Assembly (NCBI GenBank): GCA_963848295.1
Contig: CAWKDB010000010.1
Coordinates: 224,001 to 288,000, forward strand
Direction of reading: 5' to 3'
Length of the DNA stretch: 64,000 nt
Source of the DNA: an uncultured delta proteobacterium
GTDB lineage: Bacteria; Myxococcota_A; Polyangia; Haliangiales; Haliangiaceae
Under the pieces are notes generated by a model. The model made no database searches. It was not told the origin of the DNA and saw only the letters and a program-made list of their open reading frames with translations. Within the stretch, counting starts at the first letter, position 1. Every line of letters starts with the position of its first letter. Below are positions 34,512 through 42,672 of the stretch, in pieces. A program made the position numbers and the translations under genes.

Positions 34512-34697
34512 CTACTGCGGGTTCTTGCGCGGGCGACCGCGGCGGCGCGGCTGATCGCTTTGACCGAAGTCGAGCTCCTCGGCGAAGTGCTCTTGCACCA
34601 GATCATCGACCGAGGTGTTCACCGCTTCTAGGCGGCGAAGCTCCTCGCGCTCGAACTCTGCAAACGACGTGTAAACCCTTGGAAGTCCTGACGACAT
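34512..34697 (-). CDS. 61-aa acidic protein with a C-terminal AT-hook
   Basis: AGGAG SD; YTSFAEFEREEL...PRRRGRPRK. Confidence 0.7.
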   Translation of the reverse strand: MSSGLPRVYTSFAEFEREELRRLEAVNTSVDDLVQEHFAEELDFGQSDQPRRRGRPRKNPQ

Positions 34698-34710
34698 CGG
34701 TGCTCCTTTG

Positions 34711-34730
34711 AGGACATGCCCACATGTCCT
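34711..34730. promoter_or_regulatory. Perfect 8-bp inverted repeat between the AT-hook gene and parA
   Basis: AGGACATG-ccca-CATGTCCT. Confidence 0.5.
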
Positions 34731-34809
34731 ACATCTGCACACAAAGTACGCGACTCGGCCGTTCGAGGCCAAATTTTTGTTTCGTCATAGCTGCGTGTTA
34801 CCGGTCCTC

Positions 34810-35598
34810 ATGCCCCGTATCGTCGCTGTCGCGAATCAAAAGGGTGGCGTCGGCAAGACGACGACCGCGATCAACCTCGCTGCATCGATCGCGTCGCGGG
34901 GCTTCCAGACGCTGCTGCTCGACTTCGATCCGCAAGGCAATGCGTCGTCGGGCGTCGGCTATCCGCGCAGCAAGGTCGAGCGCACGATCTACGATGCGCT
35001 CGTCGGCTCGGTCTCGCTCGCCGACGTCATCTTGCCGACCGAGATCGCGACGTTGTTCGTCGCACCGGCGACGCCGGATCTGGTCGGCGCCGAGATCGAG
35101 CTGATCTCCGCCGATCGCCGCGAGCGGTTCCTCGCCGACGTCATCGCGACCGTCGCGGCGCGCTACGACTACATCATCATCGACTGCCCGCCGTCGCTGG
35201 GCCTGTTGACGTTGAACGCACTGGTCGCCGCCGACGGCGTGGTCGTCCCGATGCAAGCCGAGTACTTCGCGCTCGAGGGGCTGTCGGCGCTGACCGCGAC
35301 GATCCACAAGGTCAAAGCCGCCTACAACCCGCGGCTCGAGATCGACGGCGTGTTGTTCACGATGTTCGACGGCCGGATGAACGTGGCGAACCAGGTGCGC
35401 GACGAGGTCGCGAAGTTCTTCGGCGACAAAGTGCTCGGCACCGCGATCCCTCGCAACGTGCGGCTGTCCGAGGCGCCGAGCCACGGCAAACCGGTGATGC
35501 TCTACGACCTGCGCTGCCCGGGCACGAAGAGCTATCTCGCGGTCGCCGACGAGTTCCTCGCCCGCACGAAGGCGATCGCGATCGAGGCCCACCCGTGA
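34810..35598 (+). CDS. parA: ParA/Soj ATPase
   Basis: NQKGGVGKTT, DPQGN, IDCPPSLG, EYFALEG, IPRNVRLSEAPSHG. Confidence 0.96.
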   Translation: MPRIVAVANQKGGVGKTTTAINLAASIASRGFQTLLLDFDPQGNASSGVGYPRSKVERTIYDALVGSVSLADVILPTEIATLFVAPATPDLVGAEIELISADRRERFLADVIATVAARYDYIIIDCPPSLGLLTLNALVAADGVVVPMQAEYFALEGLSALTATIHKVKAAYNPRLEIDGVLFTMFDGRMNVANQVRDEVAKFFGDKVLGTAIPRNVRLSEAPSHGKPVMLYDLRCPGTKSYLAVADEFLARTKAIAIEAHP

Positions 35599-36476
35599 TG
35601 ACCGATCCGCGCGAGCTGAAGAAACGTGGCCTGGGCCGCGGACTGTCCGCGCTGCTGCCCGATGCCTCGCCGCCGCCGGTCGTCGAGCGCTCGAAGGTCT
35701 ACTTCACCGCCGGGATCGAGGAGCTGTATCCGAGCCCCGAGCAGCCGCGGCGCCGGTTCGACGAAGCGCAGCTCGTCGAGCTCGCGGGCTCGATCGCCAA
35801 GCACGGCGTCATCGCGCCGCTCGTCGTTCGGCCGCGGACCGGCGGCGGCTACTTCCTGATCGCGGGCGAACGGCGGTGGCGAGCCGCACAACGCGCCGGG
35901 CTGCACGCGGTGCCGGTCGTCGTGCAGGACATCGAGCCCCAGGCCGCGTTCGAGCGCGCGCTCGTCGACAATCTGCAACGAGCCGACCTGTCGCCGCTCG
36001 AAGAAGCCGCCGCGTACCAACGGCTCGCCGACGAGTTTGCGCTGACCCAGGACCAGATCGCGGAGCGCGTCGGCAAGGACCGCAGCACGGTCGCAAACAC
36101 GATCCGCCTGCTGAAGCTACCGCCGACCGTGCGCCAGCTGGTCGACGACGGCCGGCTGCAGATGGGCCACGCGCGCGCCCTGCTCGGGTTGGACGAAGCC
36201 GCCGCCATCGAGCGGGCCGCGCGCACGGTCGTCGACAAGGCGCTCTCGGTCCGCGCGACCGAGGCGTTAGTCAAGAAGGCCAGAGCTCCCGTGCCGAGGT
36301 CCCAACCGCGGCCCACGGCCAAGCCGGCCTCGGTCCGCGACCTCGAAGAACGGCTCACCCGCTCCCTGGGCGGTCCTGTCACGATCACCGAGGACGAGCC
36401 CGGCAAGGCAGGCCGGCTCGAGATCCGCTACCTCGATCTCGATCACCTCGAGCGCCTGCTCGACCGCCTGCTGTAA
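35598..36476 (+). CDS. parB: ParB/Spo0J CTPase
   Basis: RGLGRGLSALL, QPRRRF, IAGERRWRA, HTH, GHARALL. Confidence 0.96.
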   Translation: MTDPRELKKRGLGRGLSALLPDASPPPVVERSKVYFTAGIEELYPSPEQPRRRFDEAQLVELAGSIAKHGVIAPLVVRPRTGGGYFLIAGERRWRAAQRAGLHAVPVVVQDIEPQAAFERALVDNLQRADLSPLEEAAAYQRLADEFALTQDQIAERVGKDRSTVANTIRLLKLPPTVRQLVDDGRLQMGHARALLGLDEAAAIERAARTVVDKALSVRATEALVKKARAPVPRSQPRPTAKPASVRDLEERLTRSLGGPVTITEDEPGKAGRLEIRYLDLDHLERLLDRLL

Positions 36477-36529
36477 TTGAGCGCCAACCGCCCGGTCGCA
36501 GGTGCGCCGTGCGATACTGCGAGGTGGTT

Positions 36530-37246
36530 GTGAGCGATCGCGAGCACCCGCGCATGCCGTACGCCGTGCAGGTCGAGTTCCGAACGCCCTCGTCGTTCCT
36601 CGTCGCCTATTCGGTGAACCTTTCGCGTGGTGGCTTGTTCCTCGAGACCGAGGTCGACATGCCGACCGGTGCGGCGACCACGCTCGACTTCATCGTCCCG
36701 GGCATCGGCACGCATTCGCTCAACGGCATCGTCGCTTGGCGGCGCGGTCCCGAGAGTGGCGAAGGTCCGCCCGGCTTGGGCATCGAGTTCCAGGACGTCG
36801 CGCCCACGCTCGGCGCGGTCATCGACCAGCTCGCGACCAGCTTCCGCGGTGTCCATATCCTGCTGCTGTCCGGCGATCGCCACGATCGGACGAGCCTCGC
36901 GCGCAGCATCAAGTCGATCATCTCGACCGCCGAGATCACGCAAGCTGCGGATGCCTCGGTCGCGACCAGCGTGCTGTCCGGCGAGATCGACGTCGCGATC
37001 GTCGACGTCGACTTCGACCTCGAAGGCGGCCTCGCGACGATTCGCGCCGCGAAGGCGCTGCAGCCGCCGGTGCCGGCGATCGCGATCACCGCGAACGCGA
37101 GCTATCGCGAGCAAGCGGTCGCCGCCGGCGCGGACGAGCTGCTCGTCAGCAACCCGCCCGCATTCGCCGATCTCCAGGTGGTCGTCGTGCGCGCGCTCGG
37201 CAAGCCGGTCTCGGTCACCACGACCGCGACCGACATCGAGACCTAG
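36530..37246 (+). CDS. TIGR02266-type PilZ domain fused to a receiver-like domain
   Basis: REHPR and NLSRGG motifs; GLGIEF; C-terminal AIVDVD...AGADE. Confidence 0.8.
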   Translation: MSDREHPRMPYAVQVEFRTPSSFLVAYSVNLSRGGLFLETEVDMPTGAATTLDFIVPGIGTHSLNGIVAWRRGPESGEGPPGLGIEFQDVAPTLGAVIDQLATSFRGVHILLLSGDRHDRTSLARSIKSIISTAEITQAADASVATSVLSGEIDVAIVDVDFDLEGGLATIRAAKALQPPVPAIAITANASYREQAVAAGADELLVSNPPAFADLQVVVVRALGKPVSVTTTATDIET

Positions 37247-37291
37247 CCGCAGTGCCGTTCAGATAACGTTGACCTTGACCTGAACCTGAAC

Positions 37292-37494
37292 CTGAACTTG
37301 AACGGCACCTTAGACGTTGTCGTTGACACCGCAACTCCAGAGTTGTGTGGGCCGATAGCCTGGCCATGCTCAGCTTCCAGAAGCTACGTGGGTATCAACG
37401 CTCGATCGAGTTCCTCGCATTGGCATTGCAGATCATCGGCGAGCTTCCGAAGGGGCATGCCGACGTCAAGGTCCAAGGTGGCGTTCAGGTTGAG
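37292..37494. repeat. Imperfect 30-bp inverted repeats built on degenerate hexamers
   Basis: 37292-37321 matches the reverse complement of 37465-37494 at 24/30; the left arm extends into a (CCTGAA)n run. Confidence 0.75.
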
Positions 37495-37509
37495 GCTCAT
37501 GTCTCATGA
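37366..37509 (+). pseudogene. Truncated four-helix-bundle (S23/IVS, Avd-like) protein
   Basis: MLSFQKLRGYQRSIEFLALALQIIGELPKGHAD resembles the family N-terminus, then runs into the right IR. Confidence 0.65.
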
Positions 37510-37550
37510 TTCGTCACAACTCTAGCTAGACGCCCATTGCGTGGCGATGT

Positions 37551-38285
37551 CTATCTCGTGGGTCGCCCGGAAGGCACCGCGAACACGCTGACCGGGCCGC
37601 CGCGGAGGTAACCGACAGCGAGCATCCAGGTAAGCGGCGCGGCGATCGCGACGCGTTCGTAGCCTCTTGGATAGATGCTGGTGCGCCAGCGCGGCGTGGA
37701 CCAGCCGTAGAACTGGGCGCCGCTCGAGAACGGATCGATACGGCCGCGGTAGAGCCCGGCAGTATTGCGGTGCTCGCCGTGCTTGCGCCAGTTGTTGAGC
37801 ACGTAACTGATCGCGTGACTCGCTTGCGTCGGCGTGGCGAGGATCTCGACGTGGTAGCGGTCGGCGAACACGGCGCCGCGCCGGCGCAACTCGTGGTTGA
37901 GCTGCTTGGCCGCCGAGATCTTGAAGCTCTGCATGCCGCGAGCGAGCGAGCGCTTGTCATCGGCCTCGCAGATCAGGTGAAGGTGGTTGCGCTGCACGCT
38001 GAAGTGGCAGATCCGCAGCCCGAGCTGATTGAACGCCGAGACCTGTAGTGCCTTACGGATCGCGCGATACGCCTTGTCGGTGCGCAGCGCGGCGACGGCG
38101 GCGACAACGCGCAAGGTGATGTGGAGGGGCTTGTTCGGATCGAGGTCAGCGCGCCTCGCGTGCGTGACGCCGGCGCGCAGCCCTTTCGGTTTGCGCCCTG
38201 CACGCGGGCGCTTGCCGCCGCGATGCTGCCCGTTCTTGTCAGGGCGTGGAAGTTCAATCTGGCGATTGCGCGACGATGACCTCAC
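37551..38285 (-). CDS. RAYT-like HUH (Y1) tyrosine transposase
   Basis: PLHITLR, FSVQRNHLHLICEA (HUH), VFADRYH, YVLNN (catalytic Tyr), DPFSS. Confidence 0.85.
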   Translation of the reverse strand: MRSSSRNRQIELPRPDKNGQHRGGKRPRAGRKPKGLRAGVTHARRADLDPNKPLHITLRVVAAVAALRTDKAYRAIRKALQVSAFNQLGLRICHFSVQRNHLHLICEADDKRSLARGMQSFKISAAKQLNHELRRRGAVFADRYHVEILATPTQASHAISYVLNNWRKHGEHRNTAGLYRGRIDPFSSGAQFYGWSTPRWRTSIYPRGYERVAIAAPLTWMLAVGYLRGGPVSVFAVPSGRPTR

Positions 38286-38292
38286 CGACGAA

Positions 38293-38321
38293 AATATGAC
38301 ATACGTCGAGGATCATGTCAA
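38293..38321 (-). promoter_or_regulatory. Leaderless sigma70 promoter of the RAYT gene with an overlapping palindrome
   Basis: TTGACA-N17-CATATT, 7 nt to GTG; TGACAT-N12-ATGTCA overlaps both boxes. Confidence 0.65.
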
Positions 38322-38381
38322 TTGATTCAGCATATATTCGCAATGATGTGGATCTGTGGATCGGGCCTGGGTCACACACAG

Positions 38382-39462
38382 TCAGGACGCGCGATGCGGG
38401 CTGTCGATACCGAGCGGCACGATGTGCCTTGCGCGATAGCGACGCGCGAAGAAGGACCAGAAGCCGTCGAAGCGATCGCTTTCGTGAATCGCGCGGAGGT
38501 GCAGCGCAGCTGTGAGGCCGCGCTGTGACCAGCGCTGTCCGCTTCGCTTGGCGCGGACGTTGACGACTGACTTGCAGGCGCCTTCGGTGACGCCGCTCCC
38601 GATCGGAATGTCGCGTGCTCGATAGTCGCAGTAGTTCATGCGGTGCTTGTTGTGCTCGATGTAGCCGAGGTGGACCGCGAGTTGCTCCGCGTCGTTGGCG
38701 ATCGCGTCGCGAGCTTGATGGCGCAGGGAGCGAATCACGCGGTTCACGCCGTGCTTCTTCTCCAGAAGCGCGGTGCGCCAGCAAGCTCGCCGGGCTTCCC
38801 GCTCATCGGCCACGACGCCGGCATCGAGACACTTCGTGAGTCGCTCGTCGAGGTGGTACCAGTCGAGCACCTCGGTCCAGCGAGGCACGAGCGCCTCATT
38901 GCGCAGAGCGTTCTTGATCGCGGTCCACAGCTCGGGCGCGCCATCTTGAATCACCGCGACTTCGACGGCCACGGTGCCCACGTAGTCCATCCGCCATTGT
39001 ACGGGGCCGCGCAGCGCGACACGCGGCTTGGGCCTGGGTCGACTGCGCCGCAAATCGGGCACGTATGCGCAGAGTCCCTCGAGCTCTTCGCCGTGTCGCA
39101 TCGGTACCGCCACCCGATCGAGACCGATGGCAATTAGTCGCGTCCCGGCTGGAAGCGGCTCGTTCGCTCGCAGCTGCGGCTCGATCTCGGCGTTGCCTGC
39201 GACGTCTTCGCGCCGGTCGCGAGCCGCGGCGCAAAGCTGTCCGCGATCGATTGCAGCTTCTTCTCGAGCTTGCGCCGCGCGATCTCGTGCACGACGCGGA
39301 GCACCCTGCGCTCGTACGCCTCGAAGGTCTCGCCCTCCTCGCTGGACATTTCTCCAGCGCGTGTTCGCACTCTTTGATCAGCGCTTCGTCCTCAAGATCG
39401 AAGTCCTTTGTCGTCGGCGTGGATGGTGTCGGTGGCGCGGGCGTTCGCGGCTTGGATCCCAT
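38382..39462 (-). pseudogene. Degenerate ISKra4-like (IS256 superfamily) transposase
   Basis: LDRVAVPM, QDGAPELW, VLDWYHL, PIGSGVTEGACK..R.KRSGQRW; N-terminal part split across frames with apparent deletions. Confidence 0.75.
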
Positions 39463-39717
39463 CGATCCATTCCACGACCCGATCGCACGCCGCGCTAGAT
39501 CCCTCCACGACTTTTGACTGGCCGTGCCGCTCGTGCCGTCGACCGAGGCCCTCGCTATCGATCGTCCGCGGCTGACCTAGCTCGCTTGGACGGCTGCGCC
39601 GCGATCGATCGTGATGAGCGCGAGGCGATCGAGCTGGCGGCGCACCCGTCCACATCGCCGCACAGGCCCTGCTACCGAGCTTCTTCAAATCGATTCATGG
39701 AACCAACCATCGTGGCG

Positions 39718-39906
39718 TCAGGGGCTGTTCGGATTGTGAGCGACCGGGCGCAACGGGAACGGCAGGTGCGGCGGCTGCGTGAAGTCGGTCGCGCATCGCT
39801 TGCTGCGGTAAACGAGCGGCGTGATCCGGCTCATCTCGACCCGCGCGAGCATCATCGATAGCAGCACGAGCGCCGCGATGATCGCGGTGCCGACGATCGC
39901 CGTCAC
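39718..39906 (-). CDS. Small putative membrane protein
   Basis: Hydrophobic N-terminal helix; starts 1 nt after the folD stop. Confidence 0.35.
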   Translation of the reverse strand: MTAIVGTAIIAALVLLSMMLARVEMSRITPLVYRSKRCATDFTQPPHLPFPLRPVAHNPNSP

Positions 39907-39907
39907 G

Positions 39908-40759
39908 TCAGCCCCGGCGGCGACGCGCCGCTTCGACCGTGTTCTCGAGCAGGCACGCGATCGTCATCGGGCCGACGCCGCCCGGCACCGGCGTGATCGC
40001 GCTCGCGCGTTCCGCGGCCGCTGCAAACTCGACATCGCCGATCAGGCGCTTGTCGGCGAGCCGGTTCATCCCGACGTCGATCACGATCGCGCCGGGCTTG
40101 ATCCACTCGCCGCGGACCAGCTCGGGCCGACCGATCGCGGCGACCACGAGGTCGGCGCGGCGCACTTCGTCGCCGAGGTCACGCGTGCGCGAGTGACACA
40201 TCGTGACCGTCGCGTCGGCGTTCTGGAGCAGCAACGCGACGGGCTTGCCAACGAGCAAGCTGCGGCCGAGCACGATCGCGCGCGCGCCGGCGACGGTCGC
40301 GCCCACCTCGGCGAGCAACCGCATGCAACCCTTCGGCGTGCACGGCACGACCAGCGGCTTGCCTTGCGCGAGCCGACCGAGGTTGCTCGGATGCAGACCG
40401 TCGACGTCCTTGGCCGGATCGAGCGAGCGAATCACCGCATCGGCGTCGAGCTGCGCCGGCAACGGCAACTGCACGAGGATGCCGTCGACCTCGGGATCGC
40501 GATTGAGACGATCGACGACCGCGAGCAGCTCGGCCTGGGTCGTGGTCGCCGGCAGCTTGTGATCGCGCGGCTCGACGCCGGCCTCGCGCGCCGCCTTCGT
40601 CTTGCTGCGCACGTAGACCGCGGAGGCCGGATCGTCGCCGACCAGCACGACCGCGAGCACCGGCGCGACCCCGCGAGCGCGCAGCTCGCTCGCCGCGACC
40701 GCGACCTCGGCGCGGAGCTTGGCGGCGACCGCCTTACCGTCGATCACCCGAGCGGTCAC
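39908..40759 (-). CDS. folD: Methylenetetrahydrofolate dehydrogenase/cyclohydrolase
   Basis: [36 protein letters not shown]. Confidence 0.98.
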   Translation of the reverse strand: MTARVIDGKAVAAKLRAEVAVAASELRARGVAPVLAVVLVGDDPASAVYVRSKTKAAREAGVEPRDHKLPATTTQAELLAVVDRLNRDPEVDGILVQLPLPAQLDADAVIRSLDPAKDVDGLHPSNLGRLAQGKPLVVPCTPKGCMRLLAEVGATVAGARAIVLGRSLLVGKPVALLLQNADATVTMCHSRTRDLGDEVRRADLVVAAIGRPELVRGEWIKPGAIVIDVGMNRLADKRLIGDVEFAAAAERASAITPVPGGVGPMTIACLLENTVEAARRRRG

Positions 40760-41220
40760 GCCGCGCCGCCGCCACCACCCGAGTCGCCGCCACCGCTGGG
40801 CTTCGCGCTCTCCGACTGCGACGGCGTGACGAACCTGCCGCCGCCGGTCTCGGCGTTGCCGCTGCCGGGCTCACCTTCGGGCACGTTCGCGGCCGGGACG
40901 CCGAGCGGTCCGGTCTCGCCATGAACATTCTGCTTCGCCTTGCGCGCGGCCTCGCGCCCGGTCGGATCATCGGGCAGGCCCGCATTCGCGCGGATCGTCG
41001 ACATGTCGAGCAGCGGATCCTTCGCGGGCGCGTCCGGCTTCTTGGCGCCGTAGAGATCCTTGTACCAGCCGCTACCCTTGAGCTGGAACGCGGTGCGCGA
41101 GATCAGCCGCTCGAGCTCGCCCTTGCACGCCTCGCACTCGGTCTTCTCTGGATCGGCCATGCGCTGCTGGTACTCGAACACGCGATGACAGGCTTTGCAT
41201 TGATACTCGTAGACCGGCAT
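40756..41220 (-). CDS. FmdB-family zinc-ribbon protein
   Basis: [11 protein letters not shown]...CEAC...FQLKGSGWY. Confidence 0.88.
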   Translation of the reverse strand: MPVYEYQCKACHRVFEYQQRMADPEKTECEACKGELERLISRTAFQLKGSGWYKDLYGAKKPDAPAKDPLLDMSTIRANAGLPDDPTGREAARKAKQNVHGETGPLGVPAANVPEGEPGSGNAETGGGRFVTPSQSESAKPSGGGDSGGGGGAA

Positions 41221-41227
41221 AGAGCTC

Positions 41228-42202
41228 CTACGGCTGATCACCCAAGCTGACGATACGCACCCCGAGCTCGCCGTCGACATCGACGAGCTCTCCGCGACCG
41301 AGCACCCGGCCGGCCGCGCGCAATTCGAATGGCCCGGCAAGCGGTTTGCCGAGCGTCACGACCTCGCCGATCGCGAGCTCGGCGAGCTGGCGCAGCGTCA
41401 GTCGGGTCGTGCCCACCGCGACGGTGAGCTCGGTCGTACCCGGATCGGTCCCCATCTCGATCCCAACATACCCGGTCGCGACGGCCGCAACCACCGCGCC
41501 GGCCTGGGCGCGCAGTCCAAACCGTCCATCGCCGACGACCAGCTCGAGGTTTCCCGCGGCGCGCTCCAGCGTGATGACATCGCGCACCGCGAGTTGCTCG
41601 AGCGCCGCGGTGGCGAGCGCGCACCGGCCCAGCACGATCGGCAGCTCGAACGCGACGGTCTCGGTCCACGCCGCCAGCGGCCGGGGCGGGGCGACGCGCA
41701 GCTCGAGGGCGCGCGGCAGCCCTACGAGCAGACTCGCCGGCTCGCCCGCGAGATCGAGCGCGACCTCGATCGCGTCCCCCGTGGCGAGCGCCGCAGGATC
41801 GGGCCAAACATCGCCGGCGATCCCGAGATCCTCGAGCGCGGCCGCGGCGACGAGCGCGGCGATCGCGTGCTCGGCGGGCGTCGACGGTCGGGCCGCGTCG
41901 AGCTCGTTCGGGCCGCCGAGCAGGCGCTGGGCGATCGCGCGAATCGCTCCGCCGCTGATCGCGACCGTGAAATCCTCGCCCGCGATCCGCAGCGCGCAGC
42001 GCGCGGCGTACGGATCGAACGAACCGGGGTCTCTGCCTGCGTGGATCGCGATGACCCGCACCGGGCCGCCGACCGCACGAGCGAGCACCGGGCCGCCCGG
42101 GCGGGCTTGCAGCCAGCGCGCGCACGCCGACAGCCTGGCGGCGTCGCGGCGACCGAGCTTCGGCACACGCTCGAACGGATAGGGTTGGATCGCTGGCGGC
42201 AT
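41228..42202 (-). CDS. SctQ/FliM-FliN-like SPOA protein
   Basis: Two SPOA-like segments; LAELAIGEVVTL...GRGELVDVDGELGVRI. Confidence 0.8.
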   Translation of the reverse strand: MPPAIQPYPFERVPKLGRRDAARLSACARWLQARPGGPVLARAVGGPVRVIAIHAGRDPGSFDPYAARCALRIAGEDFTVAISGGAIRAIAQRLLGGPNELDAARPSTPAEHAIAALVAAAALEDLGIAGDVWPDPAALATGDAIEVALDLAGEPASLLVGLPRALELRVAPPRPLAAWTETVAFELPIVLGRCALATAALEQLAVRDVITLERAAGNLELVVGDGRFGLRAQAGAVVAAVATGYVGIEMGTDPGTTELTVAVGTTRLTLRQLAELAIGEVVTLGKPLAGPFELRAAGRVLGRGELVDVDGELGVRIVSLGDQP

Positions 42203-42271
42203 CAAAAGTTTGGAGAGCACCCCTGCCCTGGTACGATTTTATCCTACATCGGACTACAAGAGGTGAATCCC

Positions 42272-42634
42272 GTGCAAGAGCGTCGCATCGGCTACCGGAT
42301 CCCATTCGAAACGATGGTCACCTCCTACGTCAACGACCGACCGATTCGGGCGCTGGCGTCGAACCTGTCGGACACCGGCATCAACATGTCATCGATCTCG
42401 ATGGTGGCGCCGCCGCCCGGGCTCGTTGTCGGGCTCGAGCTCGAGCTCCCCGATGAGGGCGAGTCGATCTGGGCCGCGGGCCGGATCTGCTACCGCAAAG
42501 ACGATCGCCTGGCCTCGGGCCTCGGCGTCCGGTTCATCGCGATGGCCAAGAGCCAAGCGCGGCTGGTCCGAGACTATTGCATCGAAACCCGGCGCAGGAA
42601 CCTCGGGTCGATGCTCGCGCGGATCCGCGCCTAG
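42272..42634 (+). CDS. Single-domain PilZ protein
   Basis: RIGYR and NLSDTG motifs; GVRF; GAGGTG SD. Confidence 0.82.
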   Translation: MQERRIGYRIPFETMVTSYVNDRPIRALASNLSDTGINMSSISMVAPPPGLVVGLELELPDEGESIWAAGRICYRKDDRLASGLGVRFIAMAKSQARLVRDYCIETRRRNLGSMLARIRA

Positions 42635-42672
42635 CACGGGCACGGCCCGATCCGCGCGCTACAATCGGCGGG

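Noticed and set aside
37366..37509. Diversity-generating retroelement suggested by the Avd-like fragment
   Set aside because: No reverse transcriptase and no TR/VR pair seen in the window
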